Below, in pieces: positions 1 through 8,355 of a DNA stretch of 64,000 nt. The position numbers and the translations under genes were made by a program. The stretch comes from Terriglobia bacterium (GTDB taxonomy: Bacteria; Acidobacteriota; Terriglobia; 20CM-2-55-15). Location of the stretch: positions 416,001-480,000 of the forward strand of contig CBDAOY010000007.1 in the NCBI GenBank assembly GCA_965198225.1, written 5' to 3'. A model generated the notes under the pieces. It was not told the origin of the DNA. It saw only the letters and a program-made list of their open reading frames with translations, and did no database searches. Each line of letters begins with the position of its first letter. Positions within the stretch are counted from its first letter, which is position 1.

Positions 1-2088
1 CTAGTCTCCTCCGCCCGACGACGACTTGCCGGCCTGACCTTCAAGGTACCTGCTCCACCACGCCAGCTCGTTGATCATCCTGTGAACGTTGTTCCAGTGA
101 CCACGGATTCCGTGAGCCTGACCGGCGTACCGGATCATCTTCGCAGGCACTCCCTGTCGCTTCAGCGCGAAATACATCTGCTCGCCTTCCGGATAGGGAA
201 CGCGCTGGTCCACCTCGCCGTGAACGAAGAGCGTCGGCGTTTTCACGTTGCCGGCGTGGGTCAGCGGCGATTGCTTGATCAACCGTTCCAGCGCCTCTTC
301 TTCCCACGGCGTCCCGAAGAATTCGGTCTCCTTCGTGCGGTAGATGTCGGCGGTACCGTAGTCGCTGACCCAGTTCGTGATGCCGGCGCCGGAAATGGCC
401 GCCGCGAAGTGGTCGGGGTACTGCGTGATCACCCAGTTGGTCATGAACCCGCCGTAAGAGTGGCCGGTGTGGCCGACGCGACCGGTGTCGATCGGGTATC
501 GTTCCAGGACGTAATCGACGCCGGACACGACATCCTGCCCGTCCTTGTTGCCCCATTCGCCCCACGTCGCCCACTTGAATGCCTCACCGTATCCGGTCGA
601 GCTCCTGAAATTCGTGTCCAGGACGAAGTAGCCGTTCGCCGCGAAAAACTGCTTCTTGAAGTTGAACCTGTAGCCCACGGCGGAGTGAGGACCCCCGTGA
701 CTGAAGACAATGAGGGGGTAGGGCCCCGTCGCACGGTCGTAGCCGGAAGGGAAGGTCAGCCAGCCCTCGATCGATGTCCCGTCGTAGCTCGGCCATTCCA
801 GCCGTTCCGTCCGGCTGAAGGCGACCTCCTCCAGGATGTTGTCGTGAACGGCGCTGAGCCGGCGTTCGTTCCCTCCGTCCAGGTCCGCAGCATAGATTTC
901 GGGAGGGGACTCATGAAGGCCGACGGTATAGACGATCGTGCGGAAATTCTCGTCGATTGACACCCCGCCGAGACGACGCTCGCCGCGGGTCACCTGCTCC
1001 ACGTCCCCGTCGGGAACTGACACTCGGAACACGTGGGTCTGCCCGCCGATTCCGGCCGTGAAGTACATAAACCGACCTTCCGGCGCCCATCGCGCAGGGC
1101 CCGGTTGGAGATCCCAGTTCGCGGTGAGGTTGATCGGGGCTCCGCCTTCGACGGGCCGAACGAACAGGTCGCGGGGGCCGCCATGATCGAGCTTGTCCCG
1201 GATGACCAGGTCCGTCCCGTAGCTGCGGGCGTATGAAATGAATCGACCGTCGGGGGAGAAGGCAACGCTGTTGTGAACGTAGAGGTCGTCGGTGAGCTGG
1301 GTGACCGTTCCCTCCGTCGACACCGTGTAGAGATCCGCCCGTCCGTAGCTGAGCTCGTTCCGCCAGTCCGAGTCCGCGGTAAAAGCCAGGAGGTCGCCCC
1401 TCGGATGCCAGCTCACGTTGGCGGGACGCAGGTCTTCGCTGAGCAGGACTCTTGCTTCACCGCCCTCAACAGGCTGGATGGCGATTTCGGTGGCCGCGCG
1501 AGCGGTTGGGTCTGGTGAAGGGAATTCCGCTCCATCCCGCTGGAAGTCCTTCCAGTCGAAGATGGCCCCTTCGAACCGCTCCTGGTGGCGGCGCTCGAAA
1601 TCAGTGGCATATGTCGGCTCCAATATCGGCCGCGGCTTGTCTCTGAGGGTTGCGAACCACTTTCCGTCCGGGCTCAGGACCGATCGTTCGTGCGGTCCGG
1701 CTGTTCTGGCGGGCAGAGCCGTGGGATCTGCCGGATCCAGAGTCCACCACCCGCCGTCGGCCGCGTACCGGAGCAGGTTGTCAGCGATCCATCGGGCTCC
1801 TGAAATGTCCTTTCCGTAGTGGACGACTCGTCGCGGCTGTGCCGACGCATCGGCGGGCACGATGCGTGTCTCGACCCGGGTGCTATTGTCCTCCTCGATT
1901 CTAGTGGACACCGTAAAAGCCACCCAATCACCGTCTGGTGAGATCTGAGGGTTCCCGACCGACTGGATTCGATAGAAGTCCTCGATGGCCAGCGGCCTGC
2001 TCTGGGCGGCTGCGAAGCCAACTGCGAGGGTCGAAACAAGAATCAGCGCGAGAAAAACGTGAAGCTGGAAAGACCTTGAGCGTGCCAT
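1..2088 (-). CDS. Exported S9-family peptidase (PD40/TolB-like propeller plus alpha/beta hydrolase)
   Basis: GHSYGG nucleophile motif, HGGP, HGEVDQRV, signal peptide; ATG at 2088 preceded by GGAGG. Confidence 0.9.
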   Translation of the reverse strand: MARSRSFQLHVFLALILVSTLAVGFAAAQSRPLAIEDFYRIQSVGNPQISPDGDWVAFTVSTRIEEDNSTRVETRIVPADASAQPRRVVHYGKDISGARWIADNLLRYAADGGWWTLDPADPTALPARTAGPHERSVLSPDGKWFATLRDKPRPILEPTYATDFERRHQERFEGAIFDWKDFQRDGAEFPSPDPTARAATEIAIQPVEGGEARVLLSEDLRPANVSWHPRGDLLAFTADSDWRNELSYGRADLYTVSTEGTVTQLTDDLYVHNSVAFSPDGRFISYARSYGTDLVIRDKLDHGGPRDLFVRPVEGGAPINLTANWDLQPGPARWAPEGRFMYFTAGIGGQTHVFRVSVPDGDVEQVTRGERRLGGVSIDENFRTIVYTVGLHESPPEIYAADLDGGNERRLSAVHDNILEEVAFSRTERLEWPSYDGTSIEGWLTFPSGYDRATGPYPLIVFSHGGPHSAVGYRFNFKKQFFAANGYFVLDTNFRSSTGYGEAFKWATWGEWGNKDGQDVVSGVDYVLERYPIDTGRVGHTGHSYGGFMTNWVITQYPDHFAAAISGAGITNWVSDYGTADIYRTKETEFFGTPWEEEALERLIKQSPLTHAGNVKTPTLFVHGEVDQRVPYPEGEQMYFALKRQGVPAKMIRYAGQAHGIRGHWNNVHRMINELAWWSRYLEGQAGKSSSGGGD

Positions 2089-2140
2089 CAGGACCTCCAC
2101 TTACGAAAAGTTTTGTCGAACCCTACTCATGATGCCCTGT

Positions 2141-3019
2141 TCACGGGCACGGATCTTCGCCTTCGACCGGGGCGACGCCGGAGGGCAGGAAGCGACACGG
2201 GTCGGCCGACTCGAGCGAGACGCGCGTTCCGGTTCGGATGAGGCTCGTGGCGCTCGGACCCTGGAAGAAGCTGTATCCCTCGCGGGTTCCCATCCATGCC
2301 AGCGGACCGCCCAGTTTACGGCCGGCCCCGAGGGTTTCGTCCTTGATCTTCGTCACGAGCGCCTCGTAGTCCGGGTCGCCCTGCCGTCGTCCGGTAAAAC
2401 TGCCGAGGTCGGAGCTTGCCGCGAAGACGACATCGACACCGGGGACGCCGGCGATCTCTTCGGCGATCTCCACACCGGCCGGCGATTCGATCATGGCAAC
2501 GATCATGATGTTGTCGTTCGCCGCCCTGCGGTAGTCGTTGCCCCAGATCGCACGGTATTGCCCACCGCCCTGGCTCCTTTTGCCGATGGGCGGGTATTTG
2601 GCGAAGGTGACTGCATTCTGCACTTTCTCGACGCTGTCGACCATCGGGATGATGATTCCGAGGGCTCCGATGTCGGTAGCCTTCTGGATGTCTCCTTCTG
2701 TTGCGTCGGGTACCCGGATGAATGGGATCGCCGGGGTGTCCTTGCAGGCCCAGATCATGCGTGCTGCATCGGTGTAGGTCAATGGGCTGTGTTGCATTTC
2801 GATCCAGAGGAAATCGAACCCGGCGCCAGCCATCGCGCAATAGATATCCGGGTCGGCCGTGGAGACCGTTCCCCCGACAACCTGTTTGCCCTCGGCCAGT
2901 TTCTGCTTCACCGTATTGAACATTCGCACCTGACCGGTCTGTTGCCCCTGAGCTTCGAACGCGGCGGTGGCGGTCAAGCCGACAGCCCACAGTAGCGCGA
3001 ACAATGTTACGTGCTTCAT
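2141..3019 (-). CDS. HpcH/HpaI aldolase family protein with signal peptide
   Basis: GFDFLWIEMQHSP, MIESPAGV and DVVFAASSDL motifs. Confidence 0.85.
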   Translation of the reverse strand: MKHVTLFALLWAVGLTATAAFEAQGQQTGQVRMFNTVKQKLAEGKQVVGGTVSTADPDIYCAMAGAGFDFLWIEMQHSPLTYTDAARMIWACKDTPAIPFIRVPDATEGDIQKATDIGALGIIIPMVDSVEKVQNAVTFAKYPPIGKRSQGGGQYRAIWGNDYRRAANDNIMIVAMIESPAGVEIAEEIAGVPGVDVVFAASSDLGSFTGRRQGDPDYEALVTKIKDETLGAGRKLGGPLAWMGTREGYSFFQGPSATSLIRTGTRVSLESADPCRFLPSGVAPVEGEDPCP

Positions 3020-3134
3020 CGGTACAACCTCTCTGTTGGAAGGATAATTGCGTCGAGAATCGTACCATTGTGGGGCGTTGGGCGGAAGGAACTGCGTGCG
3101 TCGATACGCTCTGCGAGCGCACAGACCGGGAGGC

Positions 3135-3167
3135 GTGTAGGTGCGGTCTCATAGAGCGCACCTACAC
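3135..3167. repeat. REP-like GTAG palindrome (fused, internally deleted copy)
   Basis: GTGTAGGTGCGGTCTCATAGAGCGCACCTACAC. Confidence 0.75.
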
Positions 3168-3241
3168 CCGATCCCAATCGCTTTGTGTCGGCCACTACAA
3201 TTGGGGTGCGGGAACAAACGATCTGGCGGGAGGTAGACTGA

Positions 3242-3577
3242 ATGTGGATCATGGTCGCGGGACCTTACAAATCGGGAGCCCGGAGTCGGGAAGAAGCAGA
3301 CGCCAATCTGAGGACGCTGAACGATGCCGCCTACGCGCTGTTTTTGAAAGGACACGTTCCGGTCATAGGCGTCAACATGGCCCTGCCGGTCATCGAGGCG
3401 GCCGGCATGGATCGCTACGAGGAGATCATGATGCCGATTTCGCTGTCGCTGGCCGAACGTTGTGACGCGATTCTGAGAGTCGGTGGCCACTCGCGCGGCG
3501 CTGATGAAGAAGTCGCCGTGTTGGCGGGGAAAGGTCGGCCGGTTTTCCGGCGAGTGGAAGAAGTCCCTCAGGCATGA
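3242..3577 (+). CDS. DUF4406-like / nucleoside deoxyribosyltransferase-fold small protein
   Basis: IMVAGPY start and CDAILRVGGHSRGADEE motif. Confidence 0.7.
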   Translation: MWIMVAGPYKSGARSREEADANLRTLNDAAYALFLKGHVPVIGVNMALPVIEAAGMDRYEEIMMPISLSLAERCDAILRVGGHSRGADEEVAVLAGKGRPVFRRVEEVPQA

Positions 3578-3616
3578 CAACTGACTACCGACTGAGCCCG
3601 GAACTGACTACTGACT

Positions 3617-4268
3617 ACTGACTACTTCCCCCCATCGCTTACTCTATTCTCATATGGCCGCGGATCACTTCAGTTCAGAGATCAAATCCGGAGCGCTCCT
3701 CATACTTCTTGCCCTGGCTCTTCCAACGGACCTGCCTGGTGCCAACACGCAGACCGTGGGGCCCGCAGCGTCGCCAGGGCCGGGGGTCCCGGAATGTCCG
3801 CGGCTTTCTCTTTTCATGGCTCAGGACGACTGGCTCGAACGGCTTGTCAATCCGATCTACACCACCACCGAAGAGGTGGATCAGGCGGTCCGGGAACGCG
3901 GGCGCATGCTGGAGTGTCTCGATTCGGTCGGACCGGGAGGTCCTAAATCTGTCGGACACTACTGACTACCGACAACTGACAACTGACTACTGACGAACTG
4001 ACTACTTCCCCCCATCGCTTACTCTATTCTCATATGGCCGCGGATCACTTCAGTTCAGAGATCAAATCCGGAGCGCTCCTCATACTTCTTGCCCTGGCTC
4101 TTCCAACGGACCTGCCTGGTGCCAACACGCAGACCGTGGGGCCCGCAGCGTCGCCAGGGCCGGGGGTCCCGGAATGTCCGCGGCTTTCTCTTTTCATGGC
4201 TCAGGACGACTGGCTCGAACGGCTTGTCAATCCGATCTACACCACCACCGAAGAGGTGGATCAGGCGG
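3617..4268 (+). repeat. 272-bp direct repeat (3617-3888 = 3997-4268)
   Basis: Identical sequence at a 380-bp offset; both copies begin in ACTGACT heptamer tracts. Confidence 0.95.
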
Positions 4269-5394
4269 CCGGGCGTTTTTGTCCGATCAGCTACGCATGG
4301 TGCGCTACCATCTGGCCCTGTTCCTGTCGTTCGCCGACGCCGGAACGGGTTCTCCAGAGCTTGTCGATCTCTCCACGACCCCGGACCCGGCGGTGCGACG
4401 ACTGAGGGAAGACCTTGGCCTGCTTCCGCCCTCGGGTGTCATTCTGATTCGATACTTCATCGATCCCGAGCAAGTGCCCGACCCCATTCGCGACGCTTTC
4501 GAAAACCCACAGACTCAGGCGGTCACGCTGTGGTGCCGCTACGTTGCCGTTTTGACGTCCACCCGGAGAGACCTCAGCCAAACCCCGACCGCAACCGATG
4601 GCCTGCAATCGACCTTCTCCCACGAACTCGTGCATGCGTTCCTCAACGCCAGACTCGGCTCCGGGATCATCGAGAGCGGATTCCCATCGTGGTTTCACGA
4701 GGGCATGGCCATTCATTTCAGTGGCAGCGGGCGTGGACACGTGACGCTGGACCCCTCCACGGGTGGCTTCACACGAACCGAGCCGACCGCGCAATACGAG
4801 CGATACCAGAGGACCTTTCTCTACCTGGAATCGAGCCTGGGCCATTCCGGTTTCAATCAGGCTTTGCATCTCGCAGTTGAAAACGCCGATCCCTCGTTGT
4901 TGATAGCCGCCGCTGACGAATCTTCATACGACGAGCTTGTCGCGACGGCCGAGCTGTGGTGGCGGTGGTGGCCCCTTCCAGTCGCGCTGGTTCGAGGGTG
5001 GGCACTCTGGTGGCTGGCGGGGTTGATCGTGATGTCGATCGGAGCGGGATGGTCGTTGTGGAGGCGATGGCAGCCCGCTGTTCCCCGATCGGCCCTCGAA
5101 GTCGAACTGAACTCGGATCTGCTGGCTGCGATCCAGAGCGGGGATGCGGGAACCGTTCGATACCTTATCCGCTCCGGAGCGCATGCCAACGCGCAGGATG
5201 GTGACGGGAGGTCTGCCCTCATGTGGGCGGTTTGGATGGACCAGTTTCAGGCGGTGGAGGCTCTGGTCAATGCCGGGGCGAAGGCCACGCGTGAGATCCG
5301 GGGCGTCGCGGAGTTGCGGGGCTGTTCTCCGGACATCGTCCGTGTGCTTGCCGATGGGGTCGCCAGGGACGGGGAGGAGTGGAGCGATGATTGA
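4034..5394 (+). pseudogene. Signal-peptide gluzincin-like metallopeptidase (peptidase MA-like) with TM segment and C-terminal ankyrin repeats, frameshifted near 4268
   Basis: HELVH...PSWFHEGMA zinc motif, GAHANAQDGDGRSALMWA ankyrin; the N-terminus is in another frame and duplicated upstream. Confidence 0.7.
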
Positions 5395-5471
5395 CCCCGC
5401 CGGTCCCTTCCAGTTACATTTGCGCGCAAGATGACGTTCCATCAAGGTCGCGGCAAGATCGAGTGCCCACG

Positions 5472-6785
5472 ATGACCACCACCGAACCCACCGTCACGAC
5501 CCGGGCATCTGCAGGCGACCCGTCTCTGATCTCGACCGGCAGCTGGGTTATCTACGACCTTGCCAATACGATTTTCTCTTTCAACATCGTGTCGTTCTAT
5601 TTCGTGCTGTGGGTGACGAACGTTATGGGGGGAACGGATGCCGACTACGGCTACGCAAACTCCATCTCGATGGCCGTTGTTTTCTTCCTGTCCCCTGTGC
5701 TGGGCGCCCTGACCGATCAGGCTCCGAAACGAATGCCTTTCCTCGTCATCTCCACCGTGATCTGCGTGGCCCTGACGTTTCTACTCGGTTCCGGTGGATT
5801 GACGTTTTCGCTCGTGTTTTTCGCCTGCGCCAACGTCGCCTACCTGGCCGGCCTCCAGTTCTACGACGCTCTGTTGCCCGAGGTCAGCACCGAGGCGACT
5901 CGGGGCCGGGTCAGCGGTGTGGGCGTCGGCGTGGGCTACCTGGGTTCGTTCATCGGGCTCGCAGTCGGAGCGATGATTCTGGGCCTGGAAATCGACTCTC
6001 TGCCGGTGGCGGAGCAGGCGGTTCGCTACCGCACGGTTTTCCTTCTGACGGGATTCCTGTTTCTGACGTTTGCGATCCCCTGCTTTTTGTTCGTACAGGA
6101 GCGAGGACGTCCGGGGCGCCGGTTCTCCAGCTCTTCGGTGGGCGCGGCATTCCACCAGGTTGCGACGACGTTCCGACACTCCCGGCGGTATCCCGGCCTG
6201 CTGCGCTTCCTTATCGGCCGGATGTTCTACACCGACGCCGTCAACACCGTCATCATCTTCATGGGCGTGTACGTCGTCAACGAGGTAGGTTTCGGGACAG
6301 TGATGGCTCAGGTGGTGCTCCTGGTTGCTATCCTCTTCGCCGTCGTCGGTGGTCTCGTTTGGGGACGAATCGTCGATCGAATCGGCCCGAAACGCTCGCT
6401 GACGATCGTGCTGCGACTGTGGATGGTCGTGTTCAGCTGGACCGCCCTGGTCGGGTTCCTGCCCGTGCCGAGCTGGACGTTCTGGCCCGTGCCGGTCCTG
6501 GCGGGTATCGCGCTGGGCGGGACCTGGACGGCCGATCGTCCCTATATGCTGCGTCTGACGCCACCCGCGCGAGTCGGCGAGTTTTACGGCCTCTACGGGA
6601 TGGTCGGCCGTTTTGCGGCGATTCTCGGACCCGCTCTCTGGGGCCTGATCGTCAACACACTGGGTTTGGGGCGACCGGTCGCGGTGACGACATTGTTGGT
6701 CGCCATCCTGATCAGCTACTTCATCCTCCGTCCCGTTTCCGACGAACGTAGAGACTGGCCCGCGGAAGAACGAATCCCGGCCTGA
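5472..6785 (+). CDS. MFS transporter (UMF1/ATG22-like)
   Basis: SWVIYDLANT, YDALLPEVS, GEFYGLY; about 12 hydrophobic segments. Confidence 0.85.
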   Translation: MTTTEPTVTTRASAGDPSLISTGSWVIYDLANTIFSFNIVSFYFVLWVTNVMGGTDADYGYANSISMAVVFFLSPVLGALTDQAPKRMPFLVISTVICVALTFLLGSGGLTFSLVFFACANVAYLAGLQFYDALLPEVSTEATRGRVSGVGVGVGYLGSFIGLAVGAMILGLEIDSLPVAEQAVRYRTVFLLTGFLFLTFAIPCFLFVQERGRPGRRFSSSSVGAAFHQVATTFRHSRRYPGLLRFLIGRMFYTDAVNTVIIFMGVYVVNEVGFGTVMAQVVLLVAILFAVVGGLVWGRIVDRIGPKRSLTIVLRLWMVVFSWTALVGFLPVPSWTFWPVPVLAGIALGGTWTADRPYMLRLTPPARVGEFYGLYGMVGRFAAILGPALWGLIVNTLGLGRPVAVTTLLVAILISYFILRPVSDERRDWPAEERIPA

Positions 6786-6854
6786 GTTTCCGTCCTTTTG
6801 CCCGAATTTCATGGGACGGTCCGGGGCGAGCCTGCTATCGTCGAATCGATGTTG

Positions 6855-7177
6855 TATCGAGTCAGGCTGCCCGAGCCTTCTATTACCTCGGCTCCGCGCT
6901 ATACAAGCTCGACCATTTGGAATACGCCGAAACGAGCCTCGAGTGGTCGCTCGGCCATGACGAAGTGATCCCGGACGCGCGACTGATGCTGGTCAACATC
7001 TACATGAAGCAGCGCCGGTACCGCGAAGCCGCCGATCAACTGACAGTCTACCTGGTAGAGTTTCCGGACAGTCCTCAACGGAAGGGTGTCGAAAAGATGC
7101 TGGACGACATCCGCAAGGTCCTGCAGCAGTCGCCCGGACAATCGCAGTCCTGTGTCTTCTGCAGTCGGGAAGAATAA
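6855..7177 (+). pseudogene. C-terminal TPR-protein fragment
   Basis: AFYYLGSALYKL...ARLMLVNIYMKQRRYREA TPR pattern; no convincing start. Confidence 0.55.
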
Positions 7178-7191
7178 TCCGTCGGAAGGGC

Positions 7192-7685
7192 AAAAAAAAT
7201 GGAAAGGGGCCAACTGTCCGCTTGCTCTCGCCACTAGTTGCTCGAGCACGGGACTGATTCTCCGGCGAGCCCTCGATCGCAGGGCTGATCATGATTCGAT
7301 CGTGAGTTGCCCCACTTTCTCTTCGCGGTCCGATCAACTCCCTTCAGGCTTTGCGAGTTGCCCCGCGCCGCCGTCCGGAGGCTGATTCAAGCTCCGTTCG
7401 GTCCACGAGTTGCCCCGCTTCCCTCCCTTTGCTTGACCTTCAAACTCTGACTGAGACGCGAGTTGCCCCGCTCCTCGTCCAGGGTTTGAGTCAGACTCTG
7501 CTCGGTCTGCGAGTTGCCCCGCATTCCGCTCAGGGTCTGATTCAGACTCTTCTCGATTTGCGAGTTGCCCCGCTCCTCGTTCAGGATCTGAGTCGGTCTC
7601 TGGTCGGCCTGCGAGTTGCCCCGCATTCCGTTCAGAAACCGTGCCGGGTCGTCAATCTCTAACGATCAGCTAACCCCTTACCGAG
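7192..7685 (-). ncRNA. Candidate structured ncRNA, copy 1, with 7 tandem ~51-nt GNRA-hairpin modules
   Basis: GCGGG-GCAA-CTCGC hairpins (plus-strand starts 7302, 7353, 7405, 7458, 7509, 7560, 7611); 5'/3' closing helix 7667-7679 with 7204-7216; U8 tract at 7192-7199; paralog at 11.1-11.4 kb. Confidence 0.7.
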
Positions 7686-7735
7686 CAGTAGAATCTACCT
7701 TTCTCGGAATCCTGTCAATATAGAAAATTTTGCGC
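7685..7735 (-). promoter_or_regulatory. Sigma70-like promoter for ncRNA copy 1 with overlapping GTAGA-N-TCTAC palindrome
   Basis: TTGACA (7713-7718), N15, TAGATT (7692-7697), AT-rich upstream tract; conserved in copy 2. Spacing is shorter than the canonical 17. Confidence 0.55.
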
Positions 7736-7934
7736 GCCATTGCTCATGTATAGTACTGAATACAAGTAGTTTAACGTGTATGCGAATATCTTGCGTCGAT
7801 CACAGAACGGCGCGGTGGGAAATGTTGCAATTTTCGCTATTTGAGGTGCGCGAAGTGCGCCCTGCGCTCGGTTATGGTCAGACCTCCTCGCCTAACGCCT
7901 CACCTGTCTTTTGGGCTGCCTGTTCGGGGTTCCA

Positions 7935-8050
7935 CGAACTATGCAGGCGTCCCAAAGGGTCGCGATGGCGGGACACAAGACCCGGTCCGTTTTGACGGGT
8001 ACAACATCGTCAACGAGGACGACATTCCGGAGGCCGGACAAGCCGTCGCA
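7935..8050 (+). pseudogene. Tyrosine recombinase (phage integrase) C-terminal remnant
   Basis: Frameshifted AGVP-RVAMAGHKTRSV-FDGYNIVNEDDI, resembling the integrase GH...Y box II. Confidence 0.75.
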
Positions 8051-8142
8051 GCCTCCTTCACCGATCCATGGGCACAGTTCCCGCACAGATCGCAGAAATC
8101 CATGAGGAAAGGAAAATAGCCGAGATGCAAAGTATTTGAGAC

Positions 8143-8198
8143 TGGATGCCGAAAGGGGGTTTCGAACCCCAAGTCCCTGGCGGACAATAGATCCTGAA
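8143..8198 (-). pseudogene. Degenerate 3' fragment of tRNA-Leu(CAG), att-site-like
   Basis: Minus strand reads TTCAGGATCT...GGGGTTCGAAACCCCCTTTCGGCATCCA; no D-arm or 5' half. Confidence 0.6.
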
Positions 8199-8355
8199 GG
8201 CGTCCTGTGAAAGGGTTGGTTTGTTGATGAAAGCTTAGTCTTTCAACTCATCCACGGATTCTTAGCCAATGGAAAACGTGAAAAGTTGTGTCAAGTTAAT
8301 TGTGGAGCGGGCAAGAAGCCGGCGGCCCGCGAAGTAACCACCGGCCTCGTTAACC

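Noticed and set aside
7302-7624. CRISPR array
   Set aside because: The repeat is only 14 nt, the spacers are homologous to each other, and there are no cas genes in the window.
7302-7624. TIGR-type guide array or integron attC array
   Set aside because: Some CTGA motifs occur, but no unique variable spacers, no Nop-domain (Tas) gene, no integron integrase and no attC core sites were seen.
7387-7626. Repeat peptide or RiPP precursor (RGNSQ every 17 aa), and the opposite-strand ORF 7351-7662
   Set aside because: 52- and 53-nt units break the frame, the paralog does not keep the frame, there is no modifying enzyme nearby, and substitutions preserve GNRA loops and pairing instead.
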